The notes beneath the pieces are model-generated. The model did no database searches. It saw nothing but the letters and a program-made list of their open reading frames with translations, and was not told the origin of the DNA. The translations under genes and the position numbers were made by a program. Below, one piece after another: positions 28,967 through 39,146 of a stretch of 64,000 bases of DNA; positions within the stretch are counted from its first letter, which is position 1, and each line of letters begins with the position of its first letter. The stretch is taken from IMG/VR virus record IMGVR_UViG_3300005289_000016, positions 1 through 64,000 of that record; one strand, written 5' to 3'.

Positions 28967-31537
28967 ATGACCTCCGATGATTTTCTGATCAACCATGCGT
29001 ACAAGAACGTGTGGTGTGCGCCGGAGCAGGACCGGCAGCACATCTTGCGTCCTGCACGCATCAGCCCTAAAGTCGGGGCTCGGGGAAGTGTTGAGGTGCT
29101 GTGGACGCGCTTTAACCTCCCAACCGCCAAAGAACGCTACCACGTGTTCCAATTCGGTAACATCGCCCTGAGCAATCTGGACCTTGACCTGAAGCGGAAT
29201 ACCTGGACAGCCGTCAGCAGCCAGATGGTTGACTCCGTCTTGCTGATCGACATCTACACCGAGAAGGGTCTGATGGTCCCTCGGCGTCTGGCGTACTTCC
29301 TTTATACGAACGACGGCAACCTCGTGATCGCCATCGAGAACCTGCTCACCATCGGTGATTTCGGTCAAGAGAACGTCTACGTTCGGTTCTACAGCAACGC
29401 CTTCTTCGATCGGGACGACATGAACGATCCGAACGAGGGCATCGAGTACCACTTCGCTAATCCACTGACCGGCTCGCAGATCAACGCCTTGACGTTCAAG
29501 CTGCGGGACCTGCGACTGAAGTCGGGCTATTGCTTTGCTTTCGTCAATGGCTGGCGTGTCAACGAACTCAACGTGAGCACCGTCGCTAAAGGCGACTTGG
29601 TCGAGATCGTACGTGACAGTTCGGTGGTGCGGGTCGAGGAATGGGACGTTAAGGACCTTCCGGTGTTCTTGTCGGAACTGGACCAGAAACAGAAGTACCT
29701 CCTGCACCCCGCGGTGAATGAGGACGACTTGATCTGGTACCGGGATGACCAAGAGATCTTCTTGATGTATAAGAAGACCCCGTACGTGCACAAGGGCGTC
29801 TACTACCACAAGAACGTCGAGGACTCGGTGCGCATGGTGACTCACCGTGACTATTCGATCCCGACAGCTCAAGTGGACCGCTTCCTCAACCAGAACCCTA
29901 ATTGGGCAGTGAATAATCAACTCACGGTGCAGATGTTCATTCGTCGCTCCGGGATTGACCGTTCCCTGATGAGCGAGGCCCATCACATCAAAGAGCTGTA
30001 CAAGCTTGAAGGTGCTGCTTGGCAAGCAGCCGTGATGGGTACTGAGGCCGTGGTGGACGTGTGGCGGATTGAGGAACTGGAGAAATCCCAGTACACCGCT
30101 TTGATGCGTGCACCTTCAGCGACCATCACTCGTCAAATGGTGGAAGCCGCTTACGGCTACAACACCATCACCCGGATCGTGGCGGATACGCCGCAGAAGA
30201 TCGCGACACCCAAGGCTTGGACGGAGTTGCCGTTCGGTCTGCGTGGTGAAAGCACGGTGTACGAGTACGATGTAGCTGGACGCCTGCTGGGCTGGTATCT
30301 CAACCAGAATGTGCAGAACTACGTGCCACGGTCTGCGGCAACGCGGTACATCGAAGGCATTGTGGGACGTGGCACTGATGTCCTGACCACGGTCTACGCC
30401 AAGAACGCCAAGATCAAAGCTGGTCTGGCGTATCGCTGCTACGTCTGCCCGATCGAGAACGCGCTGCCCACTGGCGAATGGATCGATGTCACCGACAAGA
30501 CCACGCATTACGACCTCATTGATGGGGAAGTGGTGTGGAAGGTCAACCCGCAGATGTTCTACACCGCGGTGAAGTTCGACGACTCCTTCCTGACGTACAA
30601 CCTTGAGTTGGACTACGCCGATGGATTGCTACGTTTCAGTCTGAACGTGAAGGAGATCCGGATTGACGGTGTTCTTTACGAAGGCTTGGTGGAAATCCCA
30701 GCGGGGCTGCTGGAGATCTGGTTGAACGGCTGTCCGTTGATCGAAGGTCTTGACTGGTTCATGGTCGGTAAAGAGATCGTGATCGTCAACAAGCAGTACC
30801 GCAACCAAGTGGACACGAAGAACATCATCACCATCCGTCACACTGGCTTCTGCACCCCGGACATGAAACGGGTCAAGGAGTCGGAGTACGGGTTCGTGGA
30901 GAATGGTCTGCTGTCTCGTAACAACCGCTGGAACCTGCGTGATGACAAAGTGGTCCGTGTCATTGCTGATGGTCGGATCTGGAGCCGGGAAGAATTGAGC
31001 TGGGCAGAAGACCGCCCAGGAGTAATTCTGGAAAACGTGCGTAATGGCGCGCCATATCAGGTTACTGAACCCTTGATTCCGCTGCGGGGCCTGACGTATC
31101 AGGACGCGTACGACATGCGTGAAGTGGCCGAGGCTACTGACAAGCAGATCGAAGACTACATGACTGTGAAGGTGGGTGAGGTGCCTCCACAAGAGGTCAA
31201 CCTTATCCCGCATCGCCACACGCTGTACAGTCCATTCGTGGGCAAGCTGATGCATGATCTGATCAGCGGGTACTTCGACCAGATTCCTCTGACCGAGTAC
31301 TACAGTGACGTGGATGTGCGCAAGTGGTGTGAAGGATACGTGTGGTTGCTCAAGTACGAGCCGACCTCCAAAGGCTTTGATGAGCGTTACGTGAGCATCA
31401 GTGCCCATGAGCGTAATGAAGTCTTCCGTCTCCCGATCTACCAGTACAACTTCTTGGCTCGTGCGATCCGTGTGATGCTTGACGACAAAATCGACATCAC
31501 CAACGCCATCGTCATTGACCACCTGCCCATCGATTAA
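28967..31537 (+). CDS. Virion baseplate/tail protein (phiKZ gp27-like)
   Basis: 856 aa beginning FLINHAYKNVWCAPEQDRQ; assignment by synteny. Confidence 0.7.
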   Translation: MTSDDFLINHAYKNVWCAPEQDRQHILRPARISPKVGARGSVEVLWTRFNLPTAKERYHVFQFGNIALSNLDLDLKRNTWTAVSSQMVDSVLLIDIYTEKGLMVPRRLAYFLYTNDGNLVIAIENLLTIGDFGQENVYVRFYSNAFFDRDDMNDPNEGIEYHFANPLTGSQINALTFKLRDLRLKSGYCFAFVNGWRVNELNVSTVAKGDLVEIVRDSSVVRVEEWDVKDLPVFLSELDQKQKYLLHPAVNEDDLIWYRDDQEIFLMYKKTPYVHKGVYYHKNVEDSVRMVTHRDYSIPTAQVDRFLNQNPNWAVNNQLTVQMFIRRSGIDRSLMSEAHHIKELYKLEGAAWQAAVMGTEAVVDVWRIEELEKSQYTALMRAPSATITRQMVEAAYGYNTITRIVADTPQKIATPKAWTELPFGLRGESTVYEYDVAGRLLGWYLNQNVQNYVPRSAATRYIEGIVGRGTDVLTTVYAKNAKIKAGLAYRCYVCPIENALPTGEWIDVTDKTTHYDLIDGEVVWKVNPQMFYTAVKFDDSFLTYNLELDYADGLLRFSLNVKEIRIDGVLYEGLVEIPAGLLEIWLNGCPLIEGLDWFMVGKEIVIVNKQYRNQVDTKNIITIRHTGFCTPDMKRVKESEYGFVENGLLSRNNRWNLRDDKVVRVIADGRIWSREELSWAEDRPGVILENVRNGAPYQVTEPLIPLRGLTYQDAYDMREVAEATDKQIEDYMTVKVGEVPPQEVNLIPHRHTLYSPFVGKLMHDLISGYFDQIPLTEYYSDVDVRKWCEGYVWLLKYEPTSKGFDERYVSISAHERNEVFRLPIYQYNFLARAIRVMLDDKIDITNAIVIDHLPID

Positions 31538-31575
31538 TCTCAGGAGCACGGGGACTCGGTCCCCGTGATGAATAC

Positions 31576-33252
31576 ATGAGTACTGTTGAAGACATTCCTC
31601 TGGTAGGTATTGTCGATCTGGAGCGTGAGCCACGAATCTGGTTCATGCGTCAGATCTTCACGGGCAAGCCAGGCACTGGTTTGTATTGCCCGAACGTTGA
31701 TGACCTGATCATTGACCTGACCTCGGGTTGGTACCTCGTTACCACCATCGACATCACCACCGGCAAGTGCACTTTCATTCCGTGGAAACTGCCAATGGTG
31801 AGCGAGAACAACGTCGTCGTCGACCAGTTGCTGGGCGTCGGTACCGGTTCTCAAAGCGAGACCTGGCGTGTGTACATCGACACCCGTCAAATGCCGTACT
31901 CGATGCAGATCGACGGGCGTCTCCACCTGTACCGTTCTGATGCGGACCACTACAAGGTCTTCCTCGGTACGGACTTGACCGACAACGGCATCCTGATCTC
32001 AGCCTCCTATTCTCCTTCGGGCGAGTATGAAAACGAGAACATCGGCCTTGAGCATGTGGGTCACGATGACATCAACAACTGGGCGATCTGGGCGCCGAAA
32101 GCCGGTAACACCAACCGCAAGCTGAACAACGGCGAAGTGGTCACGGTGGTGCTGTACAACGCTGTCGGTAACGCCCTGAGCCATTCGACCATGTTGGTGG
32201 AGAACACCACTCTGGTGCGTCGTACGGCGGCTGGCCGCAAGCAGATCCGTTCTGTGGGCCTGCGTTCTCCGTACCTGTCGGAATCCGATCCAAGCCAACT
32301 CGTGGTACCTATCAACGTCGACCTGCGTACTGTGGTCATGACGGGTGTGGTGCGCTACAACACTGGCGAAGAAATGGAAATCCCAGTGGTACTGGACGGC
32401 ACCGGCAAGATGTCGTTGCATGGTCTGCGTTGGTACTCGCCGACTATCCAGACTTACGCTCACAAGCTGACTCTGGCGTACAAGTTGGCCGATGATGAGT
32501 TCTCTCTGGAGCACGGTATCACGGAAAACGGGTTCATCACCGAGCCGTTCACCATCAAGGCCGTGGCGGCAGACAACGCTTATAGTGTGCGTCTGTACGC
32601 ATTCCCGACCTGGAACGATCCAGCGTCGCGTTATGACCTCGATTTCTGGCTCTTCAATATCGACCGCGATCAGTACTACCGTGTACCGCGTTCGGTGGTG
32701 GAGACCCCAGACAACGAAGTGGCCTTCGACGGTAAGGACTTTGTGTCCCGTCAGCGCCTGAAGTTCGGCGTGTTGCTCAGCAACGTCGACCCGATCTTCC
32801 CTGAACACAAGTTCGTCCAATCTGCCGAGTTCTCGTTGATGAAGCCCGGTTCGGAGAAAGGCGACAAGTGGCAGGTCAAGTGCGACCCGTCGCAAGAGAA
32901 GTTCTTCGGTGCAGGCGTTGTTGCTAAGAACCGCTTCGTCAACGTCAACCTGTCGTACCTGGATCTGAAAGCGGGGGCTACTGATCTGGACGGCTGGTTC
33001 AACAAGGTCTACTACCCACTCAACCACCTGTTCGATGACACCAGTGAAGTCCAAGCGCTGGAGCCTACGCACTTCGTTATCCACACGAAGACGCGTGAGT
33101 ATCCGTTCGCCGTGACTCAATGGAATCAGGAATTCCCGATCCTCAACGACGTCAAAGTCGGTGAAGCCATCTACATCCGATGGATTCGGGAGACCTCTAA
33201 CGCCCAGCTTCAATTGGGCGTCACTGGCTTGGCCGTCGAGCAAAGCAACTGA
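31576..33252 (+). CDS. Virion structural protein (phiKZ gp26-like)
   Basis: 558 aa beta-rich protein between the gp27-like gene and the terminase. Confidence 0.65.
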   Translation: MSTVEDIPLVGIVDLEREPRIWFMRQIFTGKPGTGLYCPNVDDLIIDLTSGWYLVTTIDITTGKCTFIPWKLPMVSENNVVVDQLLGVGTGSQSETWRVYIDTRQMPYSMQIDGRLHLYRSDADHYKVFLGTDLTDNGILISASYSPSGEYENENIGLEHVGHDDINNWAIWAPKAGNTNRKLNNGEVVTVVLYNAVGNALSHSTMLVENTTLVRRTAAGRKQIRSVGLRSPYLSESDPSQLVVPINVDLRTVVMTGVVRYNTGEEMEIPVVLDGTGKMSLHGLRWYSPTIQTYAHKLTLAYKLADDEFSLEHGITENGFITEPFTIKAVAADNAYSVRLYAFPTWNDPASRYDLDFWLFNIDRDQYYRVPRSVVETPDNEVAFDGKDFVSRQRLKFGVLLSNVDPIFPEHKFVQSAEFSLMKPGSEKGDKWQVKCDPSQEKFFGAGVVAKNRFVNVNLSYLDLKAGATDLDGWFNKVYYPLNHLFDDTSEVQALEPTHFVIHTKTREYPFAVTQWNQEFPILNDVKVGEAIYIRWIRETSNAQLQLGVTGLAVEQSN

Positions 33253-33322
33253 TTGGTGCATGGGGCTGCTGGGGAAACCCGGCAGTCCTGTGTTCCGTAT
33301 GTTGTCCTGTCAAGGAACAGTC

Positions 33323-35539
33323 ATGGAAACGATCCTCTTTAAACAAGACTGGGACCGATACCCTACGGCCATCTGGGATACCCAAACTACAAACACCTCG
33401 TTCCTCGAGTTCTCCTCTCTGCTGAAACACATGGGGGTGCAGAACCACTTGTTCATGCTGGCTCTCATGCAGCCAGACCTGCAAGGCGTCGATCCGTACG
33501 ATCCGTTCTTGACGGACGAGATGAAACTCAAGATCAAAATTGAGTGCACGTTCAACCCGTGGTACTTCATTCGTGAAGTCATGCGCGTGCCACCTGCTGC
33601 TGGTGATACGCCGGTTGTCCTCCAGGCTAACCGAGGTAACATCTCACTGTGGTGGAGCTTCCTGAACCACATCGACTACTTCCTGGTGCAAATTCGTCAG
33701 ACCGGTAAGTCGCTGAACTCCGACGGCATCTCGGTATGGTACCAGATGTTCGGGGCACGGAACTCCCGTTCCAACTTGTTCACCAAGGGTGACTTGTTTA
33801 AAGAACACATCGCCCGTCTCAAGAAGCTGCGGGGCTTGCTGCCGAAGTATCTGGTCAACATTGTCAAGAAGGACACGGACAACCAGAAAGAATTCACCAA
33901 CATGTCTCAGGGTAACCGCATGGTGGTGTACATTCCTCAGAAGGACGAGGAAGCGGCACGTAACCTGGGTCGTGGTCTGACCACCCCACACTCCCACACG
34001 GACGAAATCGCGTTCCTGAAGAACGTGCACATCTCCCTCGGCGTTATGCTGGCGGGTGGTGGTGCTGCACGTGAAGAAGCAGCGCGCAACGGCTTGCCGT
34101 ACGGTAACATCTTCACCACTACTGCTGGCGAACTGGATACGGACGAAGGCGCTTACGCTTACGACCTGATGACAGGCGGGGCAGAGTGGAACGATCACTT
34201 CTACGACTGCGAAAACACCGAGCATCTGTACGATGTGGTGCGTAAGCAGTGCCGGAACAAAGACGCGATCCTCATCAACGGTACCTTCAACCACAAACAG
34301 CTCGGTAAGACCGATGCCTGGCTGCGGCAGAAGATCGCTGAATCCCGTCAGACCGGTGACAACGTCCGTCGAGATTACCTCAACGAATGGACGTCGGGTA
34401 ACGCCCGAAACCCATTGTCGAAAGACACCCTGCGTAAGATCCACGCCAGTGTCACCAAGCCGATGTACTTGGAGATCGACAAGCAGGAGAACTATTCCAT
34501 CCGGTGGTACATCCCGGAATGGGAAGTACATCAAGGCATTCTCAATCGCGAACTCACCATGGGCATGGATACCTCCAACGCCGTGGGCCGAGACAACATC
34601 ACTGGTGTCATTGTCGACAACAGTACACTCGAAGTAGTGGGTGCATGGACAGTCAACGACTCTAACCTCACGGCCTTTGCCATGTGGGTGGGTAAGATTC
34701 TCGTCCGGTTCCCGAAACTCACCATGGTACCTGAATCCAAATCCACCTGGATCGGTATCTTGGACACCTTGCTTCTCACCATGCCTACGTTCAAGATCGA
34801 CCCGGCTAAGCGTATCTACTCGACTCTCGTGGATGCCAAAGACTCGTCGCCAGAAGACCGTAAGCGGTACCACGAATACATCGGTGACCGAGACAACTAC
34901 CGGTCGTACCGGAAGTACTTCGGCTTCCCCACCAACTCCCAGTTGCGCGAGATCATCTACGGTCCTGTGCTGCAAGAAGCAGCCAAGAAGACCGGTGCGG
35001 TGGTACGCGACGCTAAACTCCAGAGTGAGTTGTCTCGCCTTGTAGAGCGGAACGGTCGTATCGACCACGATGCTTCGGGCCACGATGACCACGTTATCAG
35101 CTGGTTGCTCTGCCACTGGTTCCTGACCTATGGGCGTAACCTTGAACACTACGGCATTACCCTGAGTGAAGTGAAGCGTCGTATCTACGAAGCCGAACAC
35201 AAACTCTCGTGGGAAGAACAACGCCGGTATGACCAACAGCAGAGCGTCCGTGATGAGATCACTCAATTGGGTGACCGCATCGGCCAAGAACGCAACACGT
35301 TCGAGCGGATGAAACTGCAACATCGGTTGGAACTGCTGTTGCTGCAAGTCAGTGACGAGTTTGAAATGGAAGGCACGATGTCCCTTGACCAGATCAGGGA
35401 AAGCAGCCGCGAGAAACTCAACATTGCTAACCGGAGCTTTGGCCCTGGTCGCACGCTTGATGTGGACCGTCCACTCAACCTCAACATTGGACAGCGCAAG
35501 CAGTTCAGAATGCCTAGCCAGAACTACGTGATCCGGTGA
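33323..35539 (+). CDS. terL: Terminase large subunit (phiKZ gp25-like)
   Basis: Walker A RQTGKS, Walker B HTDE, coupling motif TTTAG, nuclease motifs MGMDTS and HDDHV; AAGGA RBS. Confidence 0.9.
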   Translation: METILFKQDWDRYPTAIWDTQTTNTSFLEFSSLLKHMGVQNHLFMLALMQPDLQGVDPYDPFLTDEMKLKIKIECTFNPWYFIREVMRVPPAAGDTPVVLQANRGNISLWWSFLNHIDYFLVQIRQTGKSLNSDGISVWYQMFGARNSRSNLFTKGDLFKEHIARLKKLRGLLPKYLVNIVKKDTDNQKEFTNMSQGNRMVVYIPQKDEEAARNLGRGLTTPHSHTDEIAFLKNVHISLGVMLAGGGAAREEAARNGLPYGNIFTTTAGELDTDEGAYAYDLMTGGAEWNDHFYDCENTEHLYDVVRKQCRNKDAILINGTFNHKQLGKTDAWLRQKIAESRQTGDNVRRDYLNEWTSGNARNPLSKDTLRKIHASVTKPMYLEIDKQENYSIRWYIPEWEVHQGILNRELTMGMDTSNAVGRDNITGVIVDNSTLEVVGAWTVNDSNLTAFAMWVGKILVRFPKLTMVPESKSTWIGILDTLLLTMPTFKIDPAKRIYSTLVDAKDSSPEDRKRYHEYIGDRDNYRSYRKYFGFPTNSQLREIIYGPVLQEAAKKTGAVVRDAKLQSELSRLVERNGRIDHDASGHDDHVISWLLCHWFLTYGRNLEHYGITLSEVKRRIYEAEHKLSWEEQRRYDQQQSVRDEITQLGDRIGQERNTFERMKLQHRLELLLLQVSDEFEMEGTMSLDQIRESSREKLNIANRSFGPGRTLDVDRPLNLNIGQRKQFRMPSQNYVIR

Positions 35540-35541
35540 TG

Positions 35542-35579
35542 CAGCATACAGGGCGGGGATTACCCCGCCCTGTATGCTG
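35542..35579. terminator. Hairpin between convergent genes
   Basis: CAGCATACAGGGCGGGGATTACCCCGCCCTGTATGCTG. Confidence 0.75.
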
Positions 35580-35581
35580 TC

Positions 35582-36844
35582 TTAGCTTTTCCGGTAGTAG
35601 TTCATGGTGATAGTGCGAGCCACCAAGTACAGGATAGCGCCAGTACGGATCGACGACACCAAGTTATCGTTCTTGGTCTTCACGGCCTTACGCACCACTT
35701 TCTCACCGACTTCCCGCATGCCCAGTAACAGGTCATTGTTAGCCCGGGAGGCTTTGTACAGATTGCACAGTTTGGTGAGCAGTCCAGGAATGTCCCGAAC
35801 GTTGATGGTATTGCGATTGGTCGCGATGTAATCGAACAAGTGCTCCAGTGTCAGGTCAACCAACTTGGTCACCTGTGGATCACCTTTCAACTTCGACGAG
35901 TGACGGGTCATGTATTCGAGGCACTGCATCATGTTGTGCAATGGCAACTTCGGCATGCAGCCAGCCACGATCTCGGTCAGTTCCGGGATGATGAAGCTGT
36001 TGCGGTCCGTCATGACTTCGTCAATGTAACGACGATAGATCGAGTAGACGTTCTTGGTGTTCTTGACCACCACTTCACCGTCCATGTTCACCGTGGTGTT
36101 GCTGTTGGTGCGGATCAGAGCAGTGGGGTCTTTACGAACGATCTCGAACACGTCACGAATGTTCTTCAGGTAGCCTTTGATCCGGCCCTGAATGTCGTTG
36201 ACCATGTAGATGATGTCGAAGTCGTCATCGAACTTCTGGAACGTCTTGTTCTTGAAGTGTGGGGATTGGCTGTCCACGGTGGCTTCTGCACGGTAGACGA
36301 GCAGCGCACCCCATGAGCCCAGTTCCTTGAGCTTGAACTTCTTCGGCAGCTTAGCGTAGGTCGCTGTGGCTACCGCCTCGTCAGCCCGGTTTGGAAACCA
36401 GTAAGCCAAGATCGAGGTGATGAACTTGTACTCCAGCACGAGCAAGGCGTCGATCATGCCTTGGTGCTTTTCCTTGTCAGTCAGGGAAGTGGAGGTGTAG
36501 ATGGCATGGACCAACCACAAGCACGACAGGTTCATGACGTCCGTGGAAACGAAGCGCACCTTGTTCGGATCGGGTACGAGCGTACTCAGGGTCAGCAGGT
36601 CTTCCTGCAACGTGACGTCGTCGATGTCCAAGATACCGCTGAGCCATTCCAAACGATCGGACTTGGTAAAGCGCACATCTTGTACGCCCATCAAGTGACC
36701 ACCAAAGAATGCCACGTGGTCATCGTTCTTGTTGGCAAAGGTCTGACGGTAGGCCTGTAGCTTGTGGAGGAACTTGCGGTCGATGGTCAAGTGCTTAGTA
36801 GCCTCCTCGAACAACGACTTCACATTAGGAGCAGGGGTTGACAT
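35582..36844 (-). CDS. Conserved phiKZ-like protein (gp32-like)
   Basis: 420 aa with FFGGHLMGV, KFKLKELGSW and RTGAILY; AGGA RBS. Confidence 0.65.
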   Translation of the reverse strand: MSTPAPNVKSLFEEATKHLTIDRKFLHKLQAYRQTFANKNDDHVAFFGGHLMGVQDVRFTKSDRLEWLSGILDIDDVTLQEDLLTLSTLVPDPNKVRFVSTDVMNLSCLWLVHAIYTSTSLTDKEKHQGMIDALLVLEYKFITSILAYWFPNRADEAVATATYAKLPKKFKLKELGSWGALLVYRAEATVDSQSPHFKNKTFQKFDDDFDIIYMVNDIQGRIKGYLKNIRDVFEIVRKDPTALIRTNSNTTVNMDGEVVVKNTKNVYSIYRRYIDEVMTDRNSFIIPELTEIVAGCMPKLPLHNMMQCLEYMTRHSSKLKGDPQVTKLVDLTLEHLFDYIATNRNTINVRDIPGLLTKLCNLYKASRANNDLLLGMREVGEKVVRKAVKTKNDNLVSSIRTGAILYLVARTITMNYYRKS

Positions 36845-36906
36845 AACTGGTATCCTGTTGGGACGAGTAGTCGAAGATTCATAGCGATACGCCGTCCACA
36901 GGGGTC

Positions 36907-36944
36907 GATTCGAATTTATTTCAAGGATACATTAAAATGGTGAG
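36907..36944 (+). promoter_or_regulatory. Putative early promoter
   Basis: GATTCGAATTTATTTCAAGGATACATTAAAATGGTGAG. Confidence 0.65.
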
Positions 36945-36988
36945 CTAGGAACACTAACCAATTGACTTACCCCATTAGGAGTCACCCA

Positions 36989-37591
36989 ATGAACGCATTG
37001 ACCCGTCATCCAATCTTCAAGAACCTGATGGATCACGAAGCGGATGCACATCCAGTACACATTGACGAAGCCGCTCTGGAGGAACTGATGAGCAAGGAAG
37101 ATGGCACCTTCACAGGGACCGTGGGCACTGTTCGCATCGTGGGACGCAACAGCGTCGGCATCGGCCAACACAAACCCGCTGAAGGTAATCTCACCAGCCG
37201 CATCTTCTCGCTGGTAGAAGCCACTCGTTGGTGCAAGCTGCAAGCCGAGTTCCAGGACATCGTTACTGATCACCCGGCCTTCGCCTTGATCCGTGATGAG
37301 CTGCGCACCGCCAATAAAGAAGGCACCCTGAACCAGAAGTTCGACGTCATCGAAGCGACCGGCGCTACCGTGACCTTCGACAAGTTCAAGGGTCTGGTGA
37401 GCATCGGGTTGAACGAACCACAAATGCGTGGCGCGATCAAGGAATACACCAAGCTGGTGGATCTGAGCAACAAGCGCCTGATCAACCACCTGAACGGTGT
37501 GACCCACCTCGACATCTTCAAAGAGCCGCGTGACACCCCAGTTGAGAAAGTCGAGATGACTACCTCGTACTTCGTCAGCTTTGCGGTTTAA
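36989..37591 (+). CDS. Hypothetical early protein
   Basis: AGGAG RBS before MNALTR. Confidence 0.7.
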   Translation: MNALTRHPIFKNLMDHEADAHPVHIDEAALEELMSKEDGTFTGTVGTVRIVGRNSVGIGQHKPAEGNLTSRIFSLVEATRWCKLQAEFQDIVTDHPAFALIRDELRTANKEGTLNQKFDVIEATGATVTFDKFKGLVSIGLNEPQMRGAIKEYTKLVDLSNKRLINHLNGVTHLDIFKEPRDTPVEKVEMTTSYFVSFAV

Positions 37592-37696
37592 CCATTCATC
37601 CCATTGATTCTTACCACGTCCCCCAACCGGCCGTGCGCACACCCCTTCGACTTGAGCGGTCGGTGTGGTAAGGATCTTTTTTTGCAGGAATCCCAA

Positions 37697-38113
37697 ATGG
37701 AACAAACGTTCGACCAACTGGTCCGCGAGTTCAAAGCCTTGGTTGCCTTCCAGCTGTCCGGGAAAGGTGAGACCATGAGCCCTATTGAGAAACAAGAGAT
37801 ACGGAGGCAGATTGGTAAGCTGGTGGATGCAGTCGCTACACTGGTGGTGGGTATTCCTTGCAAGGGCATGAATCGTCTCAGCATGATGGAGACTGTCGTG
37901 ATGATGTCATCTGTACGTCAAGACATCTTCGACAAGCTCGATAACGTAGGGATCAAGTACTCGCAGTATGCCAGTGAAGGTGCTATCGCTGTACAGTTGA
38001 CTGACAAAGAAAGTGGTGTCTGCATTTACCGCAGTGTCACTGATACATGGAACGATACTGAAATGCGGAACCTGATGGCTACCGTTGTCATGGAGCGCGC
38101 ATCGCTTCATTGA
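37697..38113 (+). CDS. Hypothetical protein
   Basis: AGGA RBS before MEQTFD; followed by a terminator. Confidence 0.6.
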   Translation: MEQTFDQLVREFKALVAFQLSGKGETMSPIEKQEIRRQIGKLVDAVATLVVGIPCKGMNRLSMMETVVMMSSVRQDIFDKLDNVGIKYSQYASEGAIAVQLTDKESGVCIYRSVTDTWNDTEMRNLMATVVMERASLH

Positions 38114-38116
38114 CGG

Positions 38117-38154
38117 ACATAGGAGCAGGGACTATCCCCTGCTCCTTTTCTTTT
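38117..38154 (+). terminator. Rho-independent terminator
   Basis: AGGAGCAGGG-ACTATC-CCCTGCTCCT followed by TTTCTTTT. Confidence 0.75.
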
Positions 38155-38159
38155 CTAAA

Positions 38160-38455
38160 ACGGGGGTCTGTATAGTATGCAAGGCTTGTCAACTTCTTGG
38201 GAAGGAAAGGGAAGGGGGCAAGACTAATGACGAACGGAGTGAGGAATTAGTCTGGGGGTTGGGATAGGAAGGGAATGGTCTGCCGTGTGGTGGCTGTCTG
38301 GAGGGAAGGTTACTGACCGGAGGATAGACGACACATGAGCTGTTCTAGTGAGGCGAAGCCTCACCTATACTAGAGACCGGGAAAACGTACTCACTCTATA
38401 TGTCTGATTTCGTAGTAAAAAACTTAAAACAACTAAGCTGACCTAAGGTCAGCGT
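38160..38455. other. Structured, purine-skewed non-coding element (candidate origin or ncRNA)
   Basis: No credible ORF; six G-tracts; inverted repeats AGACTAAT/ATTAGTCT, GTGAGGCGAAGCCTCAC and GCTGACCTAAGGTCAGC. Confidence 0.45.
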
Positions 38456-38475
38456 CTATGTCTGAAGGTCTGGTC

Positions 38476-39138
38476 ATGAAACTCTACCATTACTCTAAGA
38501 CGCGATTTCCTGAGTTACTGACCAAACGTCTATCGGGGGCCAGTGCAGAGGAGATCCGTAAAGCTGAGAAGCAACGTGACCGTTATGGGTTCGTCGGAGC
38601 CTATGTGGACCATCTCTCTTTCTTCTTTGACCCGATACCATCCAAGACTGTTGCTGACATCTTTAAGAACGATCATCACACATGGTACAAGGGGAGTGTC
38701 CTGTTTGAGTACGTGATTGATGTCAATCAGTTTGAAGCAGACGTTGGTTATGCGGTCACTGAAAGTCGTCGAAAGACAGCCTTCATGGATAAGTTCGTTG
38801 AGGAGCACAATTGGGTCGATGACGATCCAGTACTCTTGGCGAGATACCTGAAGGAGTTGGACGTCCTTGAAAAGCAATGGGGTGAAGTCGGACGTAGTCT
38901 TCCCGGACTCAAGGAGCAGATCGCTCTGAACGTCGGCGGTACCAAACAAGCTTACATCGATGCCTCCAAACGCCCTGATTTCGAAGAAGGTCGCCAACGG
39001 TATGCGACCAATGTGCCACATGTGATGGTCTACCCGAAATCAGGGAAAGCGCAATACACGGAACTCAATAAGCTCACTATCGGGTCAGATGCACGTCAAG
39101 CCATTGTGCGTGCTCAATCCGCTAGTTTTAAATGGTAG
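38476..39138 (+). CDS. Hypothetical protein, possible ADP-ribosyltransferase-like fold
   Basis: MKLYHYS...HLSFFFDP...LFEYVID pattern; TATG upstream; ends in FKW. Confidence 0.5.
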   Translation: MKLYHYSKTRFPELLTKRLSGASAEEIRKAEKQRDRYGFVGAYVDHLSFFFDPIPSKTVADIFKNDHHTWYKGSVLFEYVIDVNQFEADVGYAVTESRRKTAFMDKFVEEHNWVDDDPVLLARYLKELDVLEKQWGEVGRSLPGLKEQIALNVGGTKQAYIDASKRPDFEEGRQRYATNVPHVMVYPKSGKAQYTELNKLTIGSDARQAIVRAQSASFKW

Positions 39139-39146
39139 GACGCAAG

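Noticed and set aside
33161-33322. N-terminal extension of the terminase, and similar upstream extensions in the ORF track
   Set aside because: It overlaps the previous gene and an intergenic hairpin; the RBS supports ATG 33323.
38160-38455. tRNA or group I intron
   Set aside because: No cloverleaf with a TTC loop and CCA end, no interrupted gene and no recognisable P7 core.
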